Under the pieces are notes generated by a model. The model was not told the DNA's origin. It saw only the letters and a program-made list of their open reading frames with translations, and did not search any database. From an uncultured Alphaproteobacteria bacterium (GTDB taxonomy: Bacteria > Pseudomonadota > Alphaproteobacteria > RF32 > CAG-239): 64,000 bases of DNA. Position 1 is the first letter of the stretch. Every line of letters starts with the position of its first letter. Positions 47,123 to 56,875 of the stretch are shown in pieces. Position numbers and translations under genes: made by a program. Location of the stretch: assembly GCA_964017825.1 (NCBI GenBank), contig CAXHMA010000004.1, positions 21,716 to 85,715 of the forward strand, given 5' to 3'.

Positions 47123-48370
47123 TTAACCTGCAATCCACGGCGCAGGATTTATCGGATGTCTGTCTTTTCTGATTTCCAGATAAAGTTTTGCGCTTTTGTC
47201 ATCCGGCATTGTGCCGACCGGCTCGCCTGCCAGCAGCATTTGCCCTAATTCGCAGTCAATGTTGCCTAATCCGGCGAGCAAAGACAGATATCCGTCTCCA
47301 TGTTCTACTATAATAATATTACCATATCCTTTAAATGGACCGGAAAAAATAACCGTTCCGTCATAAGGGGCGATAACTTGTGCGTTCGGACGCGTCTTAT
47401 AGACGATTCCCTTGGATGTAACACCTTTGGAAATCATTTGTCCGTATTCTGTCATCACAGTCCCTCTGACCGGTTTTGGCAATGAGCCTTTCGCCTGAGC
47501 GAAACGGCTGTTTTTAACCTGTTTTTTTATGGATTCGTGCGTTTTTGTATCAACGGTTTGCGGGGTTTGACTGCGTGCAAATTCTTCTTGGCGTTTTAGA
47601 GCTGCAAGCCTTGCCGCTTCTTCTCTTTTTTTCCTCTCAATCTCTTTTTGCCTTTCCAACTCATCTAAAAGCTCTCTCAGGTTTCGTGCTTTTGAAGATA
47701 AATCTTCGGCAATCTTTTGTGTTTTTGCGCCCTGTTCTTCCACGTCATGGCGGAGCGAAGATTTTCGTTTTAACAGTCGTTTCATTTCAGCTTGCTGTTT
47801 TTCCAAGAGATTTTTTTGTTTTTTTGTTTCGTTGACGGTCTTTTCAATTTTTTGTTTTTGCGTATAAATATGATCCAAATCAACTTTAAGTTTTGATGAT
47901 TTTTGGTTTAACGCCGGTATGGTTTCACGCAAAAGAATTGCGCTGCGGATCATGTCAACCGGTGATAAGGGCTGCAATATGACTGATTCGGACGGATTTA
48001 AGGACATGTTTTGTAAAGAAGCCAAAGTCAAAACCAATGATTTGTTTTCTTTTGCAAAAACGGTTTCTTTTTCGGTCAGGTCTTTTTGTAACTTACTGAA
48101 AGAGATTTCCAAATCCGATAAGCGCTCCTCGTTGTTTTGAATTTTTTTAGCCAAATCAATCATTGTCTTGTCAATTTTGGACAACTCCAAATTAAGCTGG
48201 ATAGCTTGTGCCTGCAGTTTTTTCGATTCTATAACTTTTTTTTGCGCTTCTGCCTCAATTTTTTTAACATCGGTTTCGGATATATCTTTGGCATGGCCTA
48301 AATCGCAGACAAAACAATTTATTGCCGTAAAAAACAATGCCGTGCCAAAGATAATCCGTTTATTCATCAA
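47123..48370 (-). CDS. M23 peptidase with an N-terminal coiled coil (EnvC/NlpD-like murein hydrolase activator)
   Basis: The 415 aa protein has a signal peptide, a long coiled-coil region and a C-terminal M23/LytM domain (GDGYLSLLAGLGNI...GEPVGTM). Confidence 0.8.
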   Translation of the reverse strand: MMNKRIIFGTALFFTAINCFVCDLGHAKDISETDVKKIEAEAQKKVIESKKLQAQAIQLNLELSKIDKTMIDLAKKIQNNEERLSDLEISFSKLQKDLTEKETVFAKENKSLVLTLASLQNMSLNPSESVILQPLSPVDMIRSAILLRETIPALNQKSSKLKVDLDHIYTQKQKIEKTVNETKKQKNLLEKQQAEMKRLLKRKSSLRHDVEEQGAKTQKIAEDLSSKARNLRELLDELERQKEIERKKREEAARLAALKRQEEFARSQTPQTVDTKTHESIKKQVKNSRFAQAKGSLPKPVRGTVMTEYGQMISKGVTSKGIVYKTRPNAQVIAPYDGTVIFSGPFKGYGNIIIVEHGDGYLSLLAGLGNIDCELGQMLLAGEPVGTMPDDKSAKLYLEIRKDRHPINPAPWIAG

Positions 48371-49902
48371 ACCTGTTTTTCAATTAAAGAGTTGCCGGTC
48401 ATTTCTCGGGGCTTTTCAATATTCATCAAATCCAGAAGGGTTGGTGCAATATCTGCCAGGCGACCGTTTTTCATTGCTTCAACCGGCGGCTCGGCGTTGT
48501 ATAAAACAGCTTGCACCTTACCTACGGTATGCGCGGTATAAGGTTCTCCCGTCTTTTCATCGATCATTTTTTCGGCATTGCCGTGGTCTGCCGTAACGAG
48601 CAGAACACCGCCGACATCTTTAATTGCTTTCATAACTTTGCCTAAGCAATCATCAACCGCAGCAACAGCTTTAAGAGCGGCTTCCATAATGCCCGTATGC
48701 CCGACCATATCGCCGTTGGCAAAATTGCAGATAATGACGTCATATTTCTGTTTTTCAATAACGTCGGTTAAAGCTTCCGTTACTTCGTAAACACTCATTT
48801 CCGGTTTTAAGTCGTATGTTGCGACTTTCGGACTGTTAATCAGAATTCTTTCTTCACCCTTAAATTCTTTTTCCTCGCCGCCGTTGAAGAAAAACGTAAC
48901 ATGCGCATATTTTTCCGTTTCGGCGATTCTGAGCTGGGTCAATCCGTGGTCGGCAACAACTTCGCCGAAAATATTCTTTAAGGTTTCCGGTGCAAAAATA
49001 GTTTTCATAAAACGGTTATGGTCAACGGAATATTCCACCATGCCGACGAGAAGTGCAAAATTAATAATCTTTTTGCGCTCAAATCCGTTAAATTCTTTAT
49101 CGCCCAAAGCATAAAGGATTTCTCTGGCTCTGTCAGCCCTGAAATTAATCATCAAAACGGCGTCGCCGTCTTTAGCGCCCTTATAGTCGCCGATAACTGC
49201 CGGCACGACAAATTCATCCGTGACGCCGTCATTATATGATGCGGTAATTGCTTCATCCGCAGTGGCAAAGCGGTTGCCGTCTGCTAAAACGATATTGTTG
49301 TAAGCTTTTTCCACTCTGTCCCAACGTTTGTCACGATCCATGGCGTAAAAACGGCCGGAAATTGTTGCAATTTTAACATCCGTCAAATCTTTAATATTCT
49401 CATTAAACTCACTCAAAAAGCCTTTGGCTGATTGCGGAGGTGTATCTCTGCCGTCTAAAAAGGCATGCACGTCGGTTTTAATACCGTTCTTCTGAAGAAT
49501 GCGGCAAACTGCCTCTATATGTTTCTGATGCGAGTGTACGCCGCCGGGAGACATCAACCCCATTAAATGACAAACACCCTTTGTTTCTTTTAATTTGCTG
49601 ATTAATTCATTTAAAACCGGATTCTTTTCCAAGCTGCCGTCTTTTATGGCCAAATCAATTTTAGGCAAGTCCTGCATCACAACCCGCCCTGCGCCTAAAT
49701 TGGTATGCCCGACTTCAGAATTTCCCATTTGTCCGTCCGGCAGACCGACATCATAGCCCGATGTCTCCACGAAACAATGCGGACATGTCGCAAGCAGGTG
49801 GTGCCAATTAGGTGTATGTCCTTGTTCAATAGCGTTATCTGCGGTAATGTTCTCACGGTATCCCCATCCGTCCAAAATTAACAGCATAACAGGTTTTTGC
49901 AT
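48367..49902 (-). CDS. gpmI: 2,3-bisphosphoglycerate-independent phosphoglycerate mutase
   Basis: The protein starts MQKPVMLLILDGWGY and iPGM motifs run throughout. GGAG lies 9 nt before the ATG at 49902. The track start at 49920 is a TTG. Confidence 0.9.
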   Translation of the reverse strand: MQKPVMLLILDGWGYRENITADNAIEQGHTPNWHHLLATCPHCFVETSGYDVGLPDGQMGNSEVGHTNLGAGRVVMQDLPKIDLAIKDGSLEKNPVLNELISKLKETKGVCHLMGLMSPGGVHSHQKHIEAVCRILQKNGIKTDVHAFLDGRDTPPQSAKGFLSEFNENIKDLTDVKIATISGRFYAMDRDKRWDRVEKAYNNIVLADGNRFATADEAITASYNDGVTDEFVVPAVIGDYKGAKDGDAVLMINFRADRAREILYALGDKEFNGFERKKIINFALLVGMVEYSVDHNRFMKTIFAPETLKNIFGEVVADHGLTQLRIAETEKYAHVTFFFNGGEEKEFKGEERILINSPKVATYDLKPEMSVYEVTEALTDVIEKQKYDVIICNFANGDMVGHTGIMEAALKAVAAVDDCLGKVMKAIKDVGGVLLVTADHGNAEKMIDEKTGEPYTAHTVGKVQAVLYNAEPPVEAMKNGRLADIAPTLLDLMNIEKPREMTGNSLIEKQV

Positions 49903-50072
49903 ATATCTTACTCCAATCAATGATTACTTTATTACTCTAAAATATAAGCTACTTTAAAACAGAAAGCATTATATTTATCCATATTTTTTTAGGTTATAAA
50001 CAATATAAGTCTTGTTAAGACAAAAAGATAGCTTTATATTAAATTAAAATGTACGCATTTTGAGGTTGGTCA

Positions 50073-51173
50073 ATGAAAAAAAAGTTATTGTTGTTTGTTT
50101 TGTGCATGGTTTCAAAGTCTGTTTCTGCCGGTACTTTCGGATTGGATTATTCGGCATCGTTAAATAATTACTATGGCTATACGGATTATCAGGAAAAATA
50201 TAAAAAACTGCATAAATCAAACAATCTTAATGCGTCATTGGATTTATACGGCAGAGCTTTTTATGAAATAAATCCGTCCTATGTTTTTGCGCTTACCGGC
50301 GATTTTATCATTGATTCGGCCAAAAAAGTTGAAAATTATAATCAGGGAAAATGGGGCGAAGAAGTTTTTTCGTCTCTGGAGTCGCCTTATGGTAATTTAG
50401 TAGTCGGCCAAAATTATAATGTGGCTTATAAGTTTGCCGTCGGAGCGCCGCGGATTGGAAGCTACCGCGTTAATAATACGGACTTAACAAACTTCATAAC
50501 CAATCCGAATTGGTACAAAAAAGGAAAAAAAGCTTCATATAAAACACTGAATTCAACCTATATCAATACGGACGGCAATTCTTTGAAGGCCAGTTATATA
50601 ACGCCTGAGTTTTCTGGAGTGAAATTGGGCTTAAGCTATGTGCCGGAAACTTACAGCCAATCAGGGTTGGTAGCCAAAAATGCGGGGTATAAAGACAAAA
50701 GCGCATATATTTTAGGTGCTTATGGCGCATGGGATGTATTCGGATACGAGCTGGAGACATCGCTGGGTTTTGCCGACTATGATAAAAATGATAAGGAATA
50801 TTCTGCGGGCATGAGTCTTTATCGTAAAGGTTGGACGCTGGGCGCCTCTTTTCGTAAAACAAAAGCCGATAAAAAAGATTACGCGATTAACAAATATAAT
50901 TTGTTTGATGCTTATCGGGAGGGCAGGGCATATAACATCGGTTTAAGTTATGAAATCGGACCTTTTGTAACCGGTATCTCTTACTTTGATTCCAAAGCGG
51001 ATAATGCTGAAAATCATGATAAAATAATAGCTTTTTCAAACAGTTATGAATATAATAAATATCTGACATTTTCGCTGACGCTGGCGCATTTGGAAGCTAA
51101 AGGCAATGATGCAGATATAAAAAATAACAGCAAAGGATATGCCGGTATTATAGGAATGGAGTTAAGCTTGTGA
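50073..51173 (+). CDS. Outer-membrane porin-like beta-barrel protein
   Basis: It has a signal peptide (MKKKLLLFVLCMVSKSVSA). The 366 aa protein has alternating aromatic/hydrophilic beta-strand patterning rich in Y, G and N, as Rhizobiales porins do. Confidence 0.65.
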   Translation: MKKKLLLFVLCMVSKSVSAGTFGLDYSASLNNYYGYTDYQEKYKKLHKSNNLNASLDLYGRAFYEINPSYVFALTGDFIIDSAKKVENYNQGKWGEEVFSSLESPYGNLVVGQNYNVAYKFAVGAPRIGSYRVNNTDLTNFITNPNWYKKGKKASYKTLNSTYINTDGNSLKASYITPEFSGVKLGLSYVPETYSQSGLVAKNAGYKDKSAYILGAYGAWDVFGYELETSLGFADYDKNDKEYSAGMSLYRKGWTLGASFRKTKADKKDYAINKYNLFDAYREGRAYNIGLSYEIGPFVTGISYFDSKADNAENHDKIIAFSNSYEYNKYLTFSLTLAHLEAKGNDADIKNNSKGYAGIIGMELSL

Positions 51174-51772
51174 CTAAAATAGGTATTTTTTTATCAAATG
51201 ATGCGTTTGCGGAAGATTTATCCCGCCAAATTGAATGTTTGGCTCCGGAAATAACGACGATTTCGGAAACATCTGATAGTAAGGCGGATTTAGTTATTGT
51301 TGATGATAAAAATCTTAAACATGCGACATCAAAAGACACGCCGGTTATATTATTTTCGCATAAATCGGATAAAGCCGATGACGCTGATTTAACCATAAAA
51401 ATGCCGTTTAAACTGGTTGACTTTTTGGAAGGTCTTAAGAATAAAACACTGTTGCCTAAGATTCGCCGCAAAGAATGCTTGACGTTTCGGGAATATAATT
51501 TTTATCCCGTAAATAAAGAAATAATCTCATCCGTAACAAATAAAATTGTTAAGCTGACGGAAAAAGAAGTTTCTGTTTTGAAATATCTTTACCGGATTTC
51601 GCCGCAAAGTGCCGGAAAAGAAGAGCTGTTGGAAAACGTATGGGAATATAATACGGATGCGACAACACACACAATAGAAACCCACATTTATCGATTACGG
51701 CAAAAGGTGGAGCAAGACGGTGGCAGCCAGCTGATTATAACGGAAAATAACGGCTATCGGCTTAATCTTTGA
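51170..51772 (+). CDS. Atypical OmpR-family regulator (degenerate receiver plus winged-helix Trans_reg_C domain)
   Basis: A GTG start overlaps the porin stop by 4 nt. The C-terminus reads LTEKEVSVLKYLYRISPQSAGKEELLENVWEYNTDATTHTIETHIYRLRQK, an OmpR/PhoB winged helix. The N-terminus lacks the canonical DD and K receiver residues. Confidence 0.55.
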   Translation: MTKIGIFLSNDAFAEDLSRQIECLAPEITTISETSDSKADLVIVDDKNLKHATSKDTPVILFSHKSDKADDADLTIKMPFKLVDFLEGLKNKTLLPKIRRKECLTFREYNFYPVNKEIISSVTNKIVKLTEKEVSVLKYLYRISPQSAGKEELLENVWEYNTDATTHTIETHIYRLRQKVEQDGGSQLIITENNGYRLNL

Positions 51773-52789
51773 TTAACGGCTGAGACCGAGCGGTGTGAAA
51801 GTAAAGCGGATAGATTTCCAGTCATTATATCGGGAGCCGTTTTGTGCCGATAATACCTTAAAAACATTATGAACGTCTTGCGCAATATGGATAGCGCGTT
51901 CCGCACTGTCGGCCAGTGCCTGGAAATAGCTGTCTGAACGGTAACGTGCCATATCCTCAATATCAACAGACTGGATAACGCCTTCTTTTGTCAGTTTAAC
52001 ATTAATGACAACCTCAATATTGCGGTCATCTTTGCCGCCGGCAATCGTTTTCCACGATTCCTGAATTTTGGATTTTACGAAATCAATGCCTGATACCGAG
52101 AGTTCGCTGAAATACGAGCCTTTGCTGTTACCGCCCTCGATTCCCATATTGTTAACCGGCTCATCATAGGGAATTTGTGCCGGTGCGTCTTCTTCGCCGA
52201 TTTGCTTTTGCAGGTCATCAACGGAGTTCATGAGGCTTTGCAACGGATTCGCGGTTTTAACGGTTGGTTTCTTTTTGTTGCCTGTGGCCGGTTTAGTTTC
52301 CGCGGGTTTCACAGGTTTCTTTTTATCGGCGGGCTTTTTAACGGGTTTTACCTGTGGTTTCTTTTGCGGTATCGGTGCCGGCTTCTTTTTTTCTTTTATC
52401 GGTTTCTCCGATTCTTTTTGCGGCTCCTTTTTTGTTTCTTCAAATTTGGGAGTATCTTCAATCAGGGACGGCGCCTTAATCTCAGGCGTTTCTATAACCG
52501 GCTCAGGTTCAGCCGCTTTCACCGGTTCCGGCTTAGGCTCAGCCACCGGTGCCGCAGCAGCTTCTTCAACAGGCATCTCCTTGCGTGTAGCCGGTTTTCT
52601 CTCTTCACCGCGGACAGCTTTTTCCGGAATATTTGTTGTATCTGATATAGTAACATCATCTAAATTGACAATAATCGGCGGCTGTTCATCAAAATCGGGA
52701 CGACCGGATAAAAAGGGTATATCTATAACGCATAAAAGCACAACCGTGATATGCAATATGATTGATTTATAGATATAGCTTTTTTTCAT
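51773..52789 (-). CDS. TolA-like (or TonB-like) proline/lysine-rich periplasm-spanning protein
   Basis: An N-terminal TM (IILHITVVLLCVI) is followed by a long P/K/E-rich spacer and a ~100 aa C-terminal globular domain. It lies directly downstream of the tolQ and tolR homologues. The start is chosen at MKKSYIY (52789) with AGGA upstream. Confidence 0.55.
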   Translation of the reverse strand: MKKSYIYKSIILHITVVLLCVIDIPFLSGRPDFDEQPPIIVNLDDVTISDTTNIPEKAVRGEERKPATRKEMPVEEAAAAPVAEPKPEPVKAAEPEPVIETPEIKAPSLIEDTPKFEETKKEPQKESEKPIKEKKKPAPIPQKKPQVKPVKKPADKKKPVKPAETKPATGNKKKPTVKTANPLQSLMNSVDDLQKQIGEEDAPAQIPYDEPVNNMGIEGGNSKGSYFSELSVSGIDFVKSKIQESWKTIAGGKDDRNIEVVINVKLTKEGVIQSVDIEDMARYRSDSYFQALADSAERAIHIAQDVHNVFKVLSAQNGSRYNDWKSIRFTFTPLGLSR

Positions 52790-52802
52790 CGCCGGCGCGT
52801 CC

Positions 52803-53228
52803 TTATTTCTTTTGACGCGCTTCTGTTTTAAGCCCGACTTGGTTAAAGCCGGCATCTTTTAACATAGCCATTAAGCCGATAACACTGCCGTAAGCGGAAG
52901 AGGCATCGCCCGAGATGGTAATCGTAACGTCTTTGTTTTCGCCCTTAATCGCCATAATTTTATCAATTATTGTCTCCGGCTCAATCGCGCTCTGTCCGAT
53001 ATAGTAAACGCCGTCTTTGTCAACGCTGATGTTAATGGATGTATCTTTGCCGTTTAGGGTGCCGCCGCCGACCTTGGGCAGGTCAAGCGGAATGCCGGAT
53101 GTCATTAACGGCGCCGCAACCATAAAAACGACCAATAAGACCATCATAACGTCCATAAGGTTTGTCATATTAATGTTTGCGTTGCGTCGGCTGCTTCTTC
53201 TCTGGAGTCGCCCGTTAAAAGGTGCCAT
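52803..53228 (-). CDS. tolR: TolR/ExbD-family protein
   Basis: The 141 aa protein has NMTNLMDVMMVLLVVFMV, the characteristic single TM. Confidence 0.8.
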   Translation of the reverse strand: MAPFNGRLQRRSSRRNANINMTNLMDVMMVLLVVFMVAAPLMTSGIPLDLPKVGGGTLNGKDTSINISVDKDGVYYIGQSAIEPETIIDKIMAIKGENKDVTITISGDASSAYGSVIGLMAMLKDAGFNQVGLKTEARQKK

Positions 53229-53230
53229 GT

Positions 53231-53977
53231 TTACTCTCCTGCCAATTCTGCCCTGATAGCATTGTCGTCAATTTCGCGCGATAAAATGCTTGAAAACTCG
53301 GCCATGAAGTTTTCCAGCTTTTTGCTGTAACGTTCAATATCCGATGTGATGATGTTATAAGCGACATAAGCCGGAATAGCCGCAATCAAGCCGAAAGCGG
53401 TGGTAAATAAAGCTTCCGCAATACCGGGAGCTATGGATGTCAGAGAGTTGCTTTGCGTAACGGCAATTGCATTAAAACAGGTGATAATTCCCCATACCGT
53501 ACCGAAAAGTCCGACTAACGGTGCAACGGAGCCGGTAGATGCCAAAAAGCCGAGGTGATTATCCAATTCGTCCAGTTCTTTATCCATAGAAACCATCATG
53601 GCTTTTTCAATGCGCTGTTGCAAAGAAACGCCGCGCAGCCCTCTGTCGGTTTTGGATTTCATAATGTTTGTCCGCCGCCATTCTTTCATGGCCGCCACAA
53701 ACATTGCAGACATCGGGTCTTGCGGATTCCCAATGGAATCATACAGCTTGTCAAGGGAGCCACCTGACCAAAAACGTTCTTCAAAAAGCTTGGATAGCCG
53801 TTTAACTTGACGTAAGGTGTTAAATTTTTCAAATATAATTGCCCAAGACCAAACTGACGCCGCAATCAAACCGATCATAACGGCTTTGGTAATTAAGTCG
53901 GACGACCACACCATGCTCCACATTGAGAGCTGGTTGACGGTTTCCGTTGCAACTTCTGTTTCCATATCATTCCCCAT
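53231..53977 (-). CDS. tolQ: TolQ/ExbB-family proton channel
   Basis: The 248 aa protein has three TM helices, with conserved LIAASVWSWAIIFEK and TIAPGIAEAL blocks. Confidence 0.8.
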   Translation of the reverse strand: MGNDMETEVATETVNQLSMWSMVWSSDLITKAVMIGLIAASVWSWAIIFEKFNTLRQVKRLSKLFEERFWSGGSLDKLYDSIGNPQDPMSAMFVAAMKEWRRTNIMKSKTDRGLRGVSLQQRIEKAMMVSMDKELDELDNHLGFLASTGSVAPLVGLFGTVWGIITCFNAIAVTQSNSLTSIAPGIAEALFTTAFGLIAAIPAYVAYNIITSDIERYSKKLENFMAEFSSILSREIDDNAIRAELAGE

Positions 53978-54091
53978 TGTCTAAAATATAAATATCTAAA
54001 CTAGCTTTATCATATAATTATGAAAAATCAACTAATCAAAACAAAAAAAGAGGGTTGATTCTGTATATTAATACAAAATCAACCGCTCTTA

Positions 54092-54412
54092 TCAGAGACA
54101 TCCCGTGAGCCAGGTAAGAAACCAATAACCGCAAAGGATGATAAGACCAATGATAACGACCCAAAGGGCTATACCTAAAACAAAGAAAATACCTCTCCCT
54201 AAATATTTGTCTAATCCCGTGAGGTAAAAGAGCAACAATAGGGAGAAAAAGAGGACTTTCTTTGCAGACAATCCGAAGCTGTGAATGAAATCAATCATCT
54301 GCGGAAAGAACAGTGTCTGCAAGAATCCCGTTTGAGCGTCAATATACTTAATTAGTATTGTCAGCAGGAAGGCGCACAAGGCAACCCAGAGAAACCTAAA
54401 AATATATTCCAT
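54092..54412 (-). CDS. Small polytopic membrane protein (106 aa), hypothetical
   Basis: It has 3-4 hydrophobic helices and is co-oriented with and upstream of tolQ. Confidence 0.4.
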   Translation of the reverse strand: MEYIFRFLWVALCAFLLTILIKYIDAQTGFLQTLFFPQMIDFIHSFGLSAKKVLFFSLLLLFYLTGLDKYLGRGIFFVLGIALWVVIIGLIILCGYWFLTWLTGCL

Positions 54413-54473
54413 AGTCTTATGTCTTTAACGACTACAGTATACCATATTTTAAGGCTTAAATCAAGTTTTAAAA

Positions 54474-55124
54474 TTATTCTATATCATTTATCCAAGATAT
54501 GCGTCGCGCGCATTCAGAGCCCATAACGCCTCTGATTTTACATGAATGAATTTTTATATCCGGCGCATCGGCAATATTGTAACATATGTCTCCCATAGTC
54601 GTTACCGTATGCTGTTGGCTTCCTTCCGCTGGAACTTTACGGAAAATATAGGCAAATGTCCGGTGCGGAAAGACAAGATTTAACCCCATAAGGCGTATTT
54701 CGCGGTTAAGGGTAGATTTTAATGTCACGCTGAATGTGCATTTGGTTCTTCCCGAGATGTCCCGAAAAATCTTAAAACTGTTTTTGGTGATACCGATAAC
54801 CATGTCGCCGGTTAAAGGCGGCAACTCCGGTTCTTTGTCAACGGTTTTTTCCGTAAGATTGTTTTTCTTGATTTGTTCGGCTGCTCGGCTGATGGCGTCA
54901 TCAAAAGTCTTTACTTTTGTTATATCGCGTTCCTCTTCGGGAAAATCGCTGAACAATTCATTAAAAAGCTCTTCATCCTTGTCTGCTTCACCCGCAATAT
55001 ACGGGGTGTCGGAAGTTTTTGCCGGCGCGGTATATTCATCATCATCTAATATCTGCGCTTGTACATTGGGGCAGAAACTGATAAGAAATCCGAACAAAAC
55101 CGGCAAAAACATTATTTTTTTCAT
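54474..55124 (-). CDS. Secreted Cys-containing hypothetical protein (paralogue A)
   Basis: The signal peptide is MKKIMFLPVLFGFLISFCPNVQA and AGGA lies 7 nt before the ATG. The 216 aa protein has four Cys in the pattern C-F-x-V-T-L...LNL...CY-x13-C-x-I-R-G...C, shared with the upstream gene. Confidence 0.55.
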   Translation of the reverse strand: MKKIMFLPVLFGFLISFCPNVQAQILDDDEYTAPAKTSDTPYIAGEADKDEELFNELFSDFPEEERDITKVKTFDDAISRAAEQIKKNNLTEKTVDKEPELPPLTGDMVIGITKNSFKIFRDISGRTKCTFSVTLKSTLNREIRLMGLNLVFPHRTFAYIFRKVPAEGSQQHTVTTMGDICYNIADAPDIKIHSCKIRGVMGSECARRISWINDIE

Positions 55125-55136
55125 AATATTATCCTG

Positions 55137-55868
55137 TTAATGGATATTGCTCAAAGTTTTATCGGAAATACCCATATTTTCGATAATTTTATTCAAGACA
55201 ATATCAACTTCCGTAAGCTCTTTATTTTGTTCGCTTTGGCTCTGCAGGGCAAGTTCCGTTGCGGAGGTATCTTTAAATTGTCCGAAATATTCCGGATTGT
55301 CCGTGCTGACAAATTGAAACAATGCCGTACATTCTTTGCCTTTGTCACCCAAATTAAAGGCTGCCGCATTATCTGCACCTCGCGCAATGTCGCAGGGGGT
55401 AACCGAAAATTTTGCCTCTCTTAAAAGTAAATAACATTTTTCATTGTCTATATGTGATTTAACCGATAAGTGTTTATTTGCGCCGAAAGCATTAATGGTT
55501 ATTGCCGTACTGAGCGGTTTGGCAGTTTCTTCTGCCGGCAACGCGTCAGCCTGTTTGTTTAAGTCTTCGGGTTTCATAATCGTTGCCATATAGCGGTCAA
55601 AATGAAAACGCTCGTCAACGGAATCTTCCCAGTTAAGGTTCAAAGTAAAGTTTCTGAAATTAATGGAAGTTCTGTTATATAAGCTCAACGTAAAATCACA
55701 TCCCGTCACAACACCGTTATTGTCAACCGGCACAATATCGTGCACCTTAAAAATAACAGCATCACCGCGGGTGGTCGGCGTGTCGTTTTTAGGGGCTGCC
55801 GCCACGGCGGATGAAACGAACCCGGCGCTGACTGCCAAAACAGTTAAAATCTTAATATATTTTTTCAT
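55137..55868 (-). CDS. Secreted Cys-containing hypothetical protein (paralogue B)
   Basis: The signal peptide is MKKYIKILTVLAVSAGFVSSAVA and GAGG lies 8 nt before the ATG at 55868. It shares CDFTLSL...LNLNW and CY-x13-CDIARG...C blocks with paralogue A, and a 12 nt gap separates it from that gene. Confidence 0.55.
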   Translation of the reverse strand: MKKYIKILTVLAVSAGFVSSAVAAAPKNDTPTTRGDAVIFKVHDIVPVDNNGVVTGCDFTLSLYNRTSINFRNFTLNLNWEDSVDERFHFDRYMATIMKPEDLNKQADALPAEETAKPLSTAITINAFGANKHLSVKSHIDNEKCYLLLREAKFSVTPCDIARGADNAAAFNLGDKGKECTALFQFVSTDNPEYFGQFKDTSATELALQSQSEQNKELTEVDIVLNKIIENMGISDKTLSNIH

Positions 55869-55951
55869 GGTTAACCTCATAACAGCTTTTTATATCATGT
55901 ATCATATAAAAAGATTGTTTAAGATTAGCTTAATATCCCGGACCGGATAAA

Positions 55952-56761
55952 TTATTTTCCGGATTTATTTTCGTATTCTTTTTTTAAACGAATTAAATCA
56001 ACCCATACTTTGGATTTTTGGGCAGAACTGCGTAAAAGATAAGAAGGGTGATATGTGGCTAAAACATGTGCGATTTTCGTCTCGTTTATTTTATATTCAA
56101 GCCATTTACCCCTTGTTCGTGAAATGGAATCCGAAACATCCATAACTGATTTTAATGCAATACCGCCTAATAATAAAAGAAAATCCGGTTCAATCAGTTC
56201 TATCTGCCTCTTTAAAAAAGGAAGACAAACCGCGATTTCTTCATCCGTCGGCGTTCTGTTTCCCGGCGGCCGCCATGGCAACACGTTCGTAATATAGCAA
56301 TCTTCACGTTTAATCTGCATAGCATTAAACATCTTGTCTAAGAGTTTGCCGCAACGTCCGACGAAAGGTCTGCCGATTCTGTCCTCATCCGCACCGGGAG
56401 CTTCGCCGATTAACATGATTTTGGCATTTGCGGCACCGTCGCCCAAAACAGTATGCGCTGCCGTGTTTTTTAAATTACAGCCGTCAAAATTTTGTAATAT
56501 GGACTTTAATTCCTGCAAATCTTTTGCCTGAGCGCATACATCGCGTGCATTTTTATATACCGCCGTAAAAGGATTTGGCGCGGCAATAGGCTTGGTCGGG
56601 CCTGCGGTAGGAACGGGGACGGATTGGCTTTGCACGGCACTCGGCACAGCCGCAAGAGGCTGAATCTTTTCCGCCAGACAAAAAGAATCGGCACAAGTTT
56701 CATCAACTCCTGCCCAAAGATACCAATCAAGCGCTTCCTGTATATTAATTTGTTTATCCAT
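55952..56761 (-). CDS. Uracil-DNA glycosylase family 4 with an ~90 aa N-terminal extension
   Basis: The family 4 UDG motif is [24 protein letters not shown] and a C-terminal HPS block is present. It is 269 aa. Confidence 0.8.
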   Translation of the reverse strand: MDKQINIQEALDWYLWAGVDETCADSFCLAEKIQPLAAVPSAVQSQSVPVPTAGPTKPIAAPNPFTAVYKNARDVCAQAKDLQELKSILQNFDGCNLKNTAAHTVLGDGAANAKIMLIGEAPGADEDRIGRPFVGRCGKLLDKMFNAMQIKREDCYITNVLPWRPPGNRTPTDEEIAVCLPFLKRQIELIEPDFLLLLGGIALKSVMDVSDSISRTRGKWLEYKINETKIAHVLATYHPSYLLRSSAQKSKVWVDLIRLKKEYENKSGK

Positions 56762-56875
56762 ACTGTCAGTTTATACTAAGAGTTGTTTTATTACAATATA
56801 AAGCAATTATTTACACAAATATATGTAAATTTAATTTAATATTAAACAAAAAAAAATACGATAAGATAAATTGTA

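Noticed and set aside
52175-52772. 156 aa and 180 aa plus-strand ORFs opposite the TolA-like gene
   Set aside because: They are generated by the proline/lysine-rich repeat region of tolA read on the opposite strand. They are low-complexity with no RBS.
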